This document shows positions 56,055-64,000 of a stretch of DNA of 64,000 bases, piece by piece. The stretch is taken from the NCBI GenBank assembly GCA_938083005.1, contig CALKCU010000016.1, forward strand, positions 4,285 through 68,284, read 5' to 3'. Numbering within the stretch: position 1 is the stretch's first letter; the number at the start of each line of letters is the position of its first letter. Under the pieces are notes generated by a model that was not told the origin of the DNA, did no database searches, and saw only the letters and a program-made list of their open reading frames with translations. A program made the position numbers and the translations under genes. The DNA is from an uncultured Sulfolobales archaeon (GTDB lineage: Archaea; Thermoproteota; Thermoprotei_A; Sulfolobales; NBVN01).

Positions 56055-56342
56055 CTACTTTTCGCATGGAGTGGGAGAACAGACCCACCCGGACCCACTG
56101 CGGCAGTATTTCCTCCTGATCGAGCTCTCCACGTCGACCCCTAGCAGGTTTGCCAGGGATAGGGTCCAGGCCAGCACGTCGGCTATCTCCTCCTCGACCT
56201 TCTCTCTGCTGTTGCTGAGTATGGCTTCCGCTAGCTCACCGACCTCCTCGACCAGCCACGCGAACGTAGCGTAGACGCCCCTAGCCGAGTCCCTTTCATA
56301 GAACATCTCCCTCATCAGCTCCTGGACCTCTCTGAGGGTCAT
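56055..56342 (-). CDS. MazG-like nucleotide pyrophosphohydrolase (small, single domain)
   Basis: MTLREVQELMREMFYERD...WLVEEVGELAEA...EEEIADVLAWTLSLANLLGVD carries the EExxE/D MazG motifs. The internal ATG at 56342 sits 37 nt from a TATA box. The upstream part of the track ORF overlaps sec61-beta antisense. Confidence 0.75.
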   Translation of the reverse strand: MTLREVQELMREMFYERDSARGVYATFAWLVEEVGELAEAILSNSREKVEEEIADVLAWTLSLANLLGVDVESSIRRKYCRSGSGWVCSPTPCEK

Positions 56343-56373
56343 CACGACGCGCCCGCAGAGCCAGGCACCGGAG

Positions 56374-56384
56374 CGTTTATAACC
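56374..56384. promoter_or_regulatory. shared TATA-like box (cgtttataacc) between divergent genes
   Basis: Centre is about 37 nt from both the mazG-like ATG (56342, minus) and the sec61-beta GTG (56416, plus). Confidence 0.4.
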
Positions 56385-56415
56385 GCGCGGACCCGGGGAG
56401 GAGTGGTGTTGGAGT

Positions 56416-56586
56416 GTGTCCGCCAGCAGGAGGAAGCGCAGAGAGGCCCCGGTGTCCCCGGCCGCGGGACTAGTTAGGTTCTTCGAGGAGGTCGAGTCCG
56501 CTTTCGAGATAACCCCAAAACAGCTGGTGATAGTCTCGCTCGTCTTCGTGATCACGATAGCTCTACTGAACCTTCTGCTCAGATAG
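56416..56586 (+). CDS. preprotein translocase Sec61 beta subunit (archaeal SecG)
   Basis: 56-aa ORF below the track cutoff: VSASRRKRREAPVSPAAGLVRFFEEVESAFEITPKQLVIVSLVFVITIALLNLLLR. It has the AGL(V/I)R(F/Y)F motif plus a C-terminal TM anchor. Confidence 0.8.
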   Translation: MSASRRKRREAPVSPAAGLVRFFEEVESAFEITPKQLVIVSLVFVITIALLNLLLR

Positions 56587-57465
56587 CTTCAGTAGCAGCC
56601 CCCAGTACTCATCGACCTCCCTCTCCAGCTCTCTGACTAGCTCGTCGGTCACTTCCCTGAACCTTCCCTGCCTCTTCAGGTACTCCACTATGGGCTTCCT
56701 CCTGCTCCTGTCGGCGTAGGGCCTACTGAAGGGCGATATGGTGACTCTCCCTCTCTCCGCCTCGAAGAGGACCCAGAGACCTGTTTCGATGGCTAGCCTT
56801 GCTATCTCGACGGTCTCCGAGGGGTCGAACCTCCAGCCCGTAGGGCACGGCGCGTGGAGGTGGATGTACTTGAAGCCCCTGATCGAGGTGGCCTTCCTGA
56901 GCTTCTCGATGAAGTCTATGGGGTAAGCGATGCTGGCTGTCGCTACGTACGGTATTCCATGGGAGATCATTATCAGGGGCATGTTCTTCTTGGGCTCCCT
57001 CTTCCCCCTCCAGGTCGTCGTAGTCCAGGCCCCCAGAGGGGTCTGCGAGGACCTCTGGATACCGGTGTTCATGTAGGCCTCGTTGTCGACGCATATGTGT
57101 ATCACGTCCTCGTCCCTCTCGGCAGCCCCCGAGAGCGTCGCGAACCCTATATCCGCAGTGCCCCCGTCACCGGCCCATACCACGGCCACCGCGTCCTCGC
57201 CCAAAAGCCTCTTAGCCGCCGCGACTCCGGAGGCCACAGCGTCGGCCGAAGCGAAGGCGACGTTTATTATCGGGAAGGAGAGCCCGTTGCCGGGCATTAG
57301 ACCCTGGAGTATCGATGTGCAGCCAGCGGGTATGACCAGGATGGCTCTGTGGCCCAGAGCCATGCCTACGTACCTCAGTCCCATGGTCTCGGGGCAGCCG
57401 GGGCACGCCGCGTTCCCGGGTAGGACGTACTTCTCCTTGGGTAGGTCCCTTATAGTCAGGGGCAC
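56563..57465 (-). CDS. porB: 2-oxoacid (pyruvate-type):ferredoxin oxidoreductase beta subunit
   Basis: PGNAACPGCPETMGLRY and the TPP-binding GDGG motif. Last gene of a gamma-delta-alpha-beta operon. POR versus VOR specificity cannot be decided by eye. Confidence 0.85.
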   Translation of the reverse strand: MPLTIRDLPKEKYVLPGNAACPGCPETMGLRYVGMALGHRAILVIPAGCTSILQGLMPGNGLSFPIINVAFASADAVASGVAAAKRLLGEDAVAVVWAGDGGTADIGFATLSGAAERDEDVIHICVDNEAYMNTGIQRSSQTPLGAWTTTTWRGKREPKKNMPLIMISHGIPYVATASIAYPIDFIEKLRKATSIRGFKYIHLHAPCPTGWRFDPSETVEIARLAIETGLWVLFEAERGRVTISPFSRPYADRSRRKPIVEYLKRQGRFREVTDELVRELEREVDEYWGLLLKLSEQKVQ

Positions 57466-57471
57466 GCCGCA

Positions 57472-58692
57472 TCACCTCCCGGGGTAGAACTCTAGAGGAC
57501 TGGAAACCCAGCCGCTCTCCGACACCTCCTTCGCGAAGGACTCGCCTATCCTGGCGAAGTCCTCGTAGTTTGCCTCGTAGCCAGCTAGACCGGCCACCAC
57601 GTTCTTGACTGGGACGCTCGGCCTCGCGGAGTAGATGTGGGACGCCAGGTCGAGGAATATCGGTCCCGCGGAGCCGGCGGAAACGGCCCTGTCGAGGACT
57701 AGCACTCCCCTCTTTCCACTCACGGCCTCCAGTATCCTACGGGACGGGAATGGCCTTGCGTACCTCAGCTTGAGCACTCCGAACCTCAGGCCCGTCTCCC
57801 TGAGCATATCGACCGCGATCCTCATGTCCCCCACCCAGGCCCCGGCACCAACGAACAGGTAGTCCGCGTCCTCGCACCTATAACATTCAACGAGGCCACC
57901 GTAGTACCTGCCTGTGAGCTTCCCCCACTCCTCGTCTACCTTCTCGATGACGTCCTCCGCGTTCTTCAACCCGAGGTGCACGTCCCATCTCATCTTAGCG
58001 TTGGCGAGTAGATCAGCTGGCACGTTGCCCATAATCAGGGGATCTCCCGACCTTATTACGTACGGCTGTCGCCTCTCCGGTAGGAACGAGTCGACTAGCT
58101 CCTGGTCAGGCACCTCAACAGGCTCGACCGTATGGCTCAGGATGAAGGCGTCCAGGCCTATCATGCCCGGCAGGGACACGTCCGGGTCCTCGGTTATCTT
58201 GAAGAGCTTTATCGTCTCGTCTAGTACCTCCTGGTTGTTCTCAGCCATAGCTATCAGCCACCCCGTATCCCTCTGGCTCATGATGTCGTGGTGATCCGTC
58301 CATATGTTCCACGGGGGTCCGATGGTCCTCGTGACGATGGCCATGACCATGGGTATCCTCGCGTGGGCGACCCACCAGACCATCTCCACCATGTACAGGA
58401 GGCCGTGCGACGACGTTGCGGTGAACGCCCTCACGCCCGCTGTGGCCGCGCCGTAGGCCGCGGCGAGCGCCGAGTGCTCGGACTCTACCCTTATGACTTG
58501 TATATCCGCCTCGCCCGAGTCGGCCATCTCGCTGATCTTCTCGACCATGGTGGTCTGCGGCGTTATAGGGTACGCCGGGACGACCTTGACCCTCGAGAGC
58601 TTCACCGCGTAAGCAACACAATGGTTACCAGTGAGGGTAAGCCTCTTCACGGTCACACCTCCTCCGACAGCCTGATAGCCTTCACCGGGCAT
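57472..58692 (-). CDS. porA: 2-oxoacid:ferredoxin oxidoreductase alpha subunit
   Basis: 406 aa. LTGNHCVAYAVKLSRVKVVPAYPITPQT is a typical alpha-subunit N-terminus. Confidence 0.85.
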   Translation of the reverse strand: MPGEGYQAVGGGVTVKRLTLTGNHCVAYAVKLSRVKVVPAYPITPQTTMVEKISEMADSGEADIQVIRVESEHSALAAAYGAATAGVRAFTATSSHGLLYMVEMVWWVAHARIPMVMAIVTRTIGPPWNIWTDHHDIMSQRDTGWLIAMAENNQEVLDETIKLFKITEDPDVSLPGMIGLDAFILSHTVEPVEVPDQELVDSFLPERRQPYVIRSGDPLIMGNVPADLLANAKMRWDVHLGLKNAEDVIEKVDEEWGKLTGRYYGGLVECYRCEDADYLFVGAGAWVGDMRIAVDMLRETGLRFGVLKLRYARPFPSRRILEAVSGKRGVLVLDRAVSAGSAGPIFLDLASHIYSARPSVPVKNVVAGLAGYEANYEDFARIGESFAKEVSESGWVSSPLEFYPGR

Positions 58693-58925
58693 ACCGACGC
58701 GCAGATACCGCAGCCCTTGCAGTACGTGTAGTCTATGCTCACCTTGAACCTCTCACCAGAGCTCTCGATCTCGACCACGCTATCGGGGCAGTAGAGCCAG
58801 CACAACCCGCAGCCGACGCACTTAGCATAGTCTATCTCGGGCCTCCTAAACCTCCAGCTACCCGTGATCCCGTGGACACCGATCTTAGGTCTCGAGAGCG
58901 GTAGGAGGAACCTAGCCCGCTCCAA
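58653..58925 (-). CDS. porD: 2-oxoacid:ferredoxin oxidoreductase delta subunit (2x[4Fe-4S])
   Basis: CVGCGLCWLYCP and CKGCGICASVCP motifs. The only in-frame canonical start after the gamma-subunit region is the TTG at 58925 (14-nt overlap with porG). The longer track ORF overlaps porG by 145 nt. Confidence 0.8.
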   Translation of the reverse strand: MERARFLLPLSRPKIGVHGITGSWRFRRPEIDYAKCVGCGLCWLYCPDSVVEIESSGERFKVSIDYTYCKGCGICASVCPVKAIRLSEEV

Positions 58926-59490
58926 CCTCGACCACCTCGTTGTACGCCCTCTCGGCCGCCTTGGCGTTGAGCTCCGCGATCCGCCCCGAGAGGGCGCTCC
59001 TGACCGCCTCCAGGATGTAGTCCAGCTCGATGCCAAGGATCCTGGAGAGGGCTCCAACCATCGCTACGTTTACGAGAGGCCACCCCGCTAGCACGAGACC
59101 TAGGTCGAGGGCTATCCTGGTCGCGTTGACTACGTAGAGCCTGGCCTTAGCGGGAGGCTGCTGAGGCTTTGGCGAGTTTATCACTGCCGCACCGCCCTCC
59201 TTTAGACCGGCGAACGCGTTTACGTAGTTCATTATAGCGGGGTCCAGGACAACGACGGAGTCCGGCCTCCTGATCATAGACCTGGTGTATATCCTCTTGC
59301 TGCTTATTCTCGCGTACGCGGTTACCGGAGCCCCTCTCCGCTCAGCGCCGAAGAAGGGGAAGGCTACCCCCCAGAGACCCTTTCTGACGGCCGCGTCCAC
59401 GAGCAGGTTGGCAGCTGTAACCGCTCCCTGACCTCCGCGACCGTGGAACCGCACCTCTACAGTCTCCCCTCCGAGGAGGGAGCTCATCAA
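58912..59490 (-). CDS. porG: 2-oxoacid:ferredoxin oxidoreductase gamma subunit
   Basis: VRFHGRGGQGAVTAANLL is a typical gamma-subunit N-terminus. TATA box (gatatataagc) lies about 30-38 nt upstream. Confidence 0.85.
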   Translation of the reverse strand: MMSSLLGGETVEVRFHGRGGQGAVTAANLLVDAAVRKGLWGVAFPFFGAERRGAPVTAYARISSKRIYTRSMIRRPDSVVVLDPAIMNYVNAFAGLKEGGAAVINSPKPQQPPAKARLYVVNATRIALDLGLVLAGWPLVNVAMVGALSRILGIELDYILEAVRSALSGRIAELNAKAAERAYNEVVEVGAG

Positions 59491-59552
59491 CTGCCGCCAG
59501 GTTGTACTCTTGGGTACGATATATAAGCAATCTTGGAGAACGCTTGGACTGC

Positions 59553-60902
59553 TTATACCACTCCAACGACATCAATGCGGTAGAAGTCCGAGACCGCTCG
59601 CAAGCTCCCCTCTCGACAGCCGAGGTCTAGGCCCGAGAGGGGCATCGGAATTCCGAGATGCTTCACCGACCCGCAGCCCGGCAGGTAGACCCCGACGTCT
59701 ATGCCTCTGGGCAACCTCGAGACCTCGGGCCGCAGATCCGCCGCTCTGAAGCCGCATTTGGGACACCTGTAGCCCTTACCCCTTCCGGCGGACTCCATTC
59801 GCGATCCGCACTTGGGACACCTAGGGTTGCGCCTCAGGTACCTCTCCTCGAGATCGACGACCTCTAGGAGCTCGACGTGGAGTGTTGGTCTGTCGTCGTC
59901 CCAGAGCTTCACGGAGCCGCACAGCCTCACGACGTCGCCGGCCACCAGCAGGCGAGCGTACCTGGTTAGGCCGGTTTCCTTAAACACGGCCGCTCTGAGC
60001 TCCCCCAATCCATCGCTAACGCTGAGCACCACGTCTCCCCCGGGTCTGACGGCGACCTCCCTAACGACCCCGGCGAGGCACCCCGTCCTCAGGGGCTTGA
60101 GCTCGAGTGAGGCCCTCGGGATCATATGCTCCCCGGAGGCTTGGTTGGTCTTAAATACCATCCACCCCTCGATCGGCTCGGGTATCGCGAGAACCCTAAG
60201 GGCTTCGACTAGCTTGTCCGGGTCGAGCCCGCGTATCCCCAGGAGCACGGGATCGGGACCCCCAGGCGTAGCGGTGATCCTCCCACTCTCGGGATCGTAG
60301 CTGCAGAAGGTCTCGTACTCCCGGGAGGAGTCCAGCTCAGCCAAGGCCCCGACGTCGGGAGCTCTCCTGGGGGACCCGACATAGGACGGGTCCCGGTATA
60401 CCAGGAGTTCGTAGGTGCAGACGGACCTACTCCAGCCGAGTGCGGCCAGGGCTCCAACGCATCCCCAGTTCATCCCGAGGGGTAGGACGACGGAATCCCC
60501 CAGGGACTTAATGATGCTGCCCAGGTAGTCCAGGTGCACGAAGTCTGTCAAAGCCTTCGTGTAGACTTCGCGGAGCCTCTCAGTGAGACCGTAGGGTACT
60601 ACGGCGGCGCAGGCCTTCGACAGGTCCCCCCGGACCTGGGCTACGTACTCGACGAGCAGGCCGGAGAGCTCCTCTACCAGGGGGTCGAGGCGGTCGACCG
60701 CGAGCTCTACACCTATGGCCACCGCACCGTTCCCGCGGGTCTTACGCGGTACTGCCGGGTTCAGCCTAACGAGGTAGGGGTAGTCTAGAAGGCTCCTAAC
60801 GTAGCCCTTCTCCACGAGCCTTTTAAAAAGGCGGTAGAGCGCGTGAGTCGTGCACCCTCCGTGCTGCGAGTCTACGCCGTCGATGCCTATCGAGACCTTC
60901 AA
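59553..60902 (-). CDS. tiaS: tRNA(Ile2) 2-agmatinylcytidine synthetase
   Basis: MKVSIGIDGVDSQHGGCTTH matches the TiaS N-terminus (IGIDDTDS..GMCTT, from memory). An OB-like middle region and a Zn ribbon CPKCGSRM...YRCPKCG follow. Confidence 0.8.
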   Translation of the reverse strand: MKVSIGIDGVDSQHGGCTTHALYRLFKRLVEKGYVRSLLDYPYLVRLNPAVPRKTRGNGAVAIGVELAVDRLDPLVEELSGLLVEYVAQVRGDLSKACAAVVPYGLTERLREVYTKALTDFVHLDYLGSIIKSLGDSVVLPLGMNWGCVGALAALGWSRSVCTYELLVYRDPSYVGSPRRAPDVGALAELDSSREYETFCSYDPESGRITATPGGPDPVLLGIRGLDPDKLVEALRVLAIPEPIEGWMVFKTNQASGEHMIPRASLELKPLRTGCLAGVVREVAVRPGGDVVLSVSDGLGELRAAVFKETGLTRYARLLVAGDVVRLCGSVKLWDDDRPTLHVELLEVVDLEERYLRRNPRCPKCGSRMESAGRGKGYRCPKCGFRAADLRPEVSRLPRGIDVGVYLPGCGSVKHLGIPMPLSGLDLGCREGSLRAVSDFYRIDVVGVV

Positions 60903-60903
60903 T

Positions 60904-61167
60904 TCATCTCTTCTCGAAACTCTTGCCCTCCACTACGATCATCGTCAGGGTGGACCTGACCTTGGACAGCTTCCTGATTCTGTTCGTGATTATCTCCTTC
61001 AGCTCCTCGATCGACCTCGCCCTGACCTTGACCACTATGTCGTACACTCCGTAAACAGCGCTGGCCTCCACGACACCATCTATTCTTGAGAGCTGCTCCA
61101 GCACTTCGTCCTCGGCTCCTATGTCGGTGTTCAGTAGTACTATTGCGGTAGCCGATCCCTCGGGCAT
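60904..61167 (-). CDS. stand-alone Lrp/AsnC ligand-binding (RAM) domain protein
   Basis: 87 aa. AIVLLNTDIGAEDEVLEQLSRIDGVVEASAVYGVYDIVVKVRARSIEELKEII is typical of the AsnC C-terminal domain. Confidence 0.7.
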   Translation of the reverse strand: MPEGSATAIVLLNTDIGAEDEVLEQLSRIDGVVEASAVYGVYDIVVKVRARSIEELKEIITNRIRKLSKVRSTLTMIVVEGKSFEKR

Positions 61168-61206
61168 TCTAGCACCGAGTACAGAGGAGAGGCGACCATT
61201 TAAATT

Positions 61207-61422
61207 TTACTCCCCGAAATCGCACGCCAAGTCTATCTCCGCCGGCTTGGGAAGGGCTTCCGAGCCGTCTAGAGGCTCGACCCTGATGTAGGGTAGATCG
61301 TTCGACACGTCGTCCGGCACGTGTATCAAAGACACTTCGTAATACCTCTTGAGCCTCTCTATCACGAGGTTGAGCTTCCTCGCGTTCCGCTGAGAGCGGG
61401 GGCCATAGCCTAGAAACACCAC
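61207..61422 (-). CDS. hypothetical small protein (71 aa)
   Basis: GTG start preceded by ggagggg 8 nt upstream. No motif recognised. Confidence 0.4.
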   Translation of the reverse strand: MVFLGYGPRSQRNARKLNLVIERLKRYYEVSLIHVPDDVSNDLPYIRVEPLDGSEALPKPAEIDLACDFGE

Positions 61423-61510
61423 TAGCCTACCCCTCCTGATGTTCCCACCGAGCTGTACTTGAGGTCGATGGTTGCTTATAAAGCATGGGCCAAATGGTGA
61501 CGGAGCGGAG

Positions 61511-61595
61511 CGCCGGGGGCGGGATTCGAACCCGCGCGGGCGATAGACCCACCGGCTCTCAAGGCCGGCCCCTTAGGCCGCTCGGGCACCCCGGC
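61511..61595 (-). tRNA. tRNA-Ser (anticodon TGA), class II
   Basis: Minus strand: GCCGGGG...CCGGC-CTTGAGA-GCCGG, long variable arm TGGGTCTATCGCCCGC, T arm GCGGG-TTCGAAT-CCCGC, discriminator G. 85 nt. Confidence 0.9.
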
Positions 61596-61599
61596 TTCC

Positions 61600-62190
61600 T
61601 CAAAAAGCCTCTCTACCGCTCTTAAATTTCCGCAGCTTTAGCGGCGCCAGTGTCCTGACGATCTCGGACGCCACTGCGCACATCTCCTCCACGCCGAGCG
61701 AGGACGTATTGATTATGACGTCAAACACTTCGAGCTCGTCCACGTCAATGTTGTAGTACTTCCTATACCTCCTCGCCTCCGAGTCCTCCCTTACCTTAAT
61801 CTCGCGTAGGGCCTCCTCGACGGTCTTTCCGTCCCTCCTCGCCAGCCTCTCTGCCCTGACCAGCAGAGGAGCGTACGTCAACACCTTCACGTGCGCCACG
61901 TCTTTGAGTATCCAGGCCGATATGTGCCCATCGACAACGACGCACCCCCTCCTAGCCTCCTCCAGGGCCGTGCTGTCTATGAGGTAGTCTATGCTCGAGT
62001 CCTCCTCCGCCACTCTGCTGAGCTCCTCCAAGCTCATCATCCTAGACCTGGCTATGCTCCTGAAGATCTCCCCCATCGAGACGTACCTTAGGTTGAGGTC
62101 CCTGGCTAGGCCCCTAGCTAGAGTGGTCTTTCCGCTCCCGGGTTTACCGCTTACGGCGACTACCAGTCCAGCCTCGCAGAGCTCCCCCAA
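61600..62190 (-). CDS. cmk: cytidylate kinase (archaeal type)
   Basis: VVAVSGKPGSGKTTLARGLARDLNLRYVSMGEIFR. 196 aa, in the usual neighbourhood next to rpl34e. Confidence 0.8.
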   Translation of the reverse strand: MGELCEAGLVVAVSGKPGSGKTTLARGLARDLNLRYVSMGEIFRSIARSRMMSLEELSRVAEEDSSIDYLIDSTALEEARRGCVVVDGHISAWILKDVAHVKVLTYAPLLVRAERLARRDGKTVEEALREIKVREDSEARRYRKYYNIDVDELEVFDVIINTSSLGVEEMCAVASEIVRTLAPLKLRKFKSGREAF

Positions 62191-62205
62191 AACGACCGCC
62201 TTAGG

Positions 62206-62472
62206 TCAGAGGCCGCGCACCGCGGTCTTGTACGCTAGCGCCAGGCACCGCGGACAGAGGACTCCGCCGAAGGGCCTCTCGGGCCTCTTGCTGGACTTGG
62301 GTCCGCGCTTCACCTCCCTGGCGTCTCTCGGAACACCCCCCAGGGGTCCACCGCAGAGGGCGCAGCGAGCAGCATACCCGTAGTCTCTCTCGTAGAAGAC
62401 TCTGGGCTCCCCGGACGGAGCCCTCCTAGTCACCCTCCTCCGAGACCTCGACCTGAGGGCCGGCCTCACCAT
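62206..62472 (-). CDS. rpl34e: 50S ribosomal protein L34e
   Basis: MVRPALRSRSRRRVTRRAPSG...CALCGGPL...CPRC. The internal ATG at 62472 gives the typical 88-aa L34e. Confidence 0.85.
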   Translation of the reverse strand: MVRPALRSRSRRRVTRRAPSGEPRVFYERDYGYAARCALCGGPLGGVPRDAREVKRGPKSSKRPERPFGGVLCPRCLALAYKTAVRGL

Positions 62473-62615
62473 GACCCTTACCGCTAGAGGAGCTAGACTC
62501 AAGCCTAAAAGCCTTTCGGAGACTCTCAAGCTTAATAGGCGAAGCGCTCTCGAGTCTGTGGTGGGACCCTACGGCTATTTACCAGGGGAACGATTCCAAG
62601 AAGGTAACGGGCGGT

Positions 62616-62963
62616 GTGAGGAGGCCTTCGAGGAAGAAGAGGAAGTACGAGCTAGGAGGATACCCGGTGCTGACAAAAGCCGGGGACAGGGACTTCAGAG
62701 TCAAGGAGAGAGCCATGGGGGGTAGCGTCGTTGTGAGGGAGAGGCTCGCGGCCTATGCCAACGTATACGATCCCGCGTTTGGGACGAGCAGGAAAGTGAG
62801 GATAATCAGAGTACTCGAGAACAGGGCTAACAGGGAGTACGTGAGGCTTGGCATAATCACCAAGGGAGCGTTAGTGGAGACCGAGATCGGCCCCGCGCGC
62901 GTCACCTCGAGGCCTTCGAGAGACGGAGTGGTGAACGCTGTCCTGATAAGGAGCGAGCGGTAA
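62616..62963 (+). CDS. rps8e: 30S ribosomal protein S8e
   Basis: RKKRKYELGG...ANVYDPAFGTSRKVRIIRVLENRANREYVRLGIITKGALVETEIGPARVTSRPSRDGVVNAVL matches S8e. The conserved N-terminal IYQGNDSKKVTGG lies in frame upstream of this GTG, so the true start is probably earlier (see findings). Confidence 0.9.
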   Translation: MRRPSRKKRKYELGGYPVLTKAGDRDFRVKERAMGGSVVVRERLAAYANVYDPAFGTSRKVRIIRVLENRANREYVRLGIITKGALVETEIGPARVTSRPSRDGVVNAVLIRSER

Positions 62964-62969
62964 GGCTCC

Positions 62970-63269
62970 GTGGCGAGTCCAGTCAAGGAGGTAAGGGTCT
63001 GGTCCAGCTACTTCGATCAGACGCTGAGCCGTAAATACGGGAGAAGGCTCCCCCGAGAGCTCTCGGTACCCGACCCCAAGCCGACCGAGGTTTTGGAGGC
63101 CTGCAAGAGCCTCGGGTACGAGTGTGAGATAGAGGAGAAGAGGTACCCGAGGGCCTGGTACAAGCCGTCGGCACTGGTGGTCGTGAGGGTCCCCCGCGAC
63201 GTTAGCAAGTACGAAGTGGTCAAGTCGATCGGGAGGAGGCTCGTCGAAATGAGAGCTAAATCGCGGTAG
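62970..63269 (+). CDS. srp19: signal recognition particle protein SRP19
   Basis: VRVWSSYFDQTLSRKYGRRLPRE is the SRP19 signature. 99 aa. Confidence 0.9.
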   Translation: MASPVKEVRVWSSYFDQTLSRKYGRRLPRELSVPDPKPTEVLEACKSLGYECEIEEKRYPRAWYKPSALVVVRVPRDVSKYEVVKSIGRRLVEMRAKSR

Positions 63270-63827
63270 CACGGTTTGCCCCTGGACGTTCGTCGGCGTA
63301 GCCAGGAGCGCGGTGATATCGCCGTCTCGGCGGCGTGGGACTTCTATAGCCTCCCCGGTAGGCGAAGCGTATAGATTTTCCGCGGGGAAACAGCCCGCGG
63401 ACCTCCCATTCGACTCCTCGGCGCTCGCTGTTGGGTGCGGCTTAAGTCCGGGCCTCAGCGGCACGTCCCCGCTCCGATCGTCCGGAGGGTCGTCCGGCAA
63501 ATCCTGGTACCCAGCGCAGTGTTAGCCCCGAGCAGGGCGACCTTCGTAGGCTGGAAGGCGCCCCCAGCGGTGCCATCTAGGTAGGAGACGCCGGCGACGC
63601 GAGCGCCCGATACGCTCGCGCTGGGTGAAGATGCCGGTGCCGGACTCCGCAGCTAACGTTGGACCCCAGTTGGAGCTTAGATGGTCTGTGCGGTAGCCAG
63701 ATCCGCGCTGGACCAACAGGGCTTGGCAACGACCGACTAGGGCAACCGCGCTCTAGCGTCACCCGCTCCCGGTCGCCTGGTCGCAACGCAATTAAACTCG
63801 GGTCAGTAGTGTGGAGGGGTGAGGAAT

Positions 63828-64000
63828 GTGAGGAGGGGGTATAGGGAGGAGCTGGAGAAGGTGGGCATCAAAGTACTCGACGTCTACAGACGTAAGGATA
63901 GAGATACGGTAAGGTTCCTCTACAGGGGTAGGGTTTACCTGGCAGAGCTCAAAGGATTCTACGATGCGATGAAGCCTGGAGAGCTTATCGGCGCCCTGCT
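63828..64000 (+). CDS. hypothetical protein, partial (runs off right edge)
   Basis: GTG at 63828 about 35 nt after the TATA-like aattaaact. Frame is open to the window end (VRRGYREELEKVGIKVLDVYRRKDRDTVRFLYRGRVYLAELKG...). Confidence 0.4.
   Translation, partial: MRRGYREELEKVGIKVLDVYRRKDRDTVRFLYRGRVYLAELKGFYDAMKPGELIGAL

Noticed and set aside
1-64000. CRISPR arrays, transposases/IS elements, integrases, toxin-antitoxin pairs and rRNA genes.
   Set aside because: I looked for regularly spaced direct repeats, DDE or tyrosine-recombinase-like ORFs and rRNA-like sequence on both strands and found none. The only repeats seen are the 21-nt tandem at 21457-21498 and short local ones noted above.

Overview
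GC-rich (about 60% by eye) archaeal chromosomal segment. It is almost certainly from a hyperthermophilic crenarchaeon (Thermoprotei, Desulfurococcales-like). It encodes Cren7, ribosomal proteins L13e/S17e/S8e/L34e/L40e, TFB, GatDE, ABCE1, a tungsten AOR and a four-subunit 2-oxoacid:ferredoxin oxidoreductase. TATA-like boxes sit about 25-40 nt upstream of many starts (leaderless style), and some tRNAs carry introns. I can support about 70 protein genes, 7 tRNA genes and one RNase P RNA. Three conserved genes are shorter than the ORF-track cutoff (cren7, rpl40e, sec61-beta). Most of the window is housekeeping: translation, tRNA modification, central metabolism and two ABC importers. Many long ORFs in the track are antisense artefacts of the high GC content. 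The most unusual region is a translationally coupled operon at 25.4-33.4 kb. It combines a prepilin-like protein, a PilB/FlaI/VirB11-type ATPase split by a 370-aa LAGLIDADG intein, a FlaJ/TadC-like membrane platform, a 688-aa orphan protein and a second VirB4/HerA-type (DEAW) ATPase. I cannot match this combination to a described archaeal pilus or DNA-transfer system from memory. Other points worth a second look:
- a candidate replication origin (inverted ORB-like boxes flanking an AT-rich core at about 55.8-56.0 kb)
- a MoaD/ThiS-like ubiquitin-fold domain fused to Cgi121
- a 26-codon Glu/Trp micro-ORF with a perfect 21-nt tandem repeat upstream of ABCE1
- a tRNA gene with 49 nt of intervening sequence that does not fit a single canonical intron
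- three conserved genes whose conserved N-termini lie upstream of any in-frame ATG/GTG/TTG
- a frameshifted small membrane-protein gene
All calls come from reading the sequence and from remembered family signatures. No database search was run.
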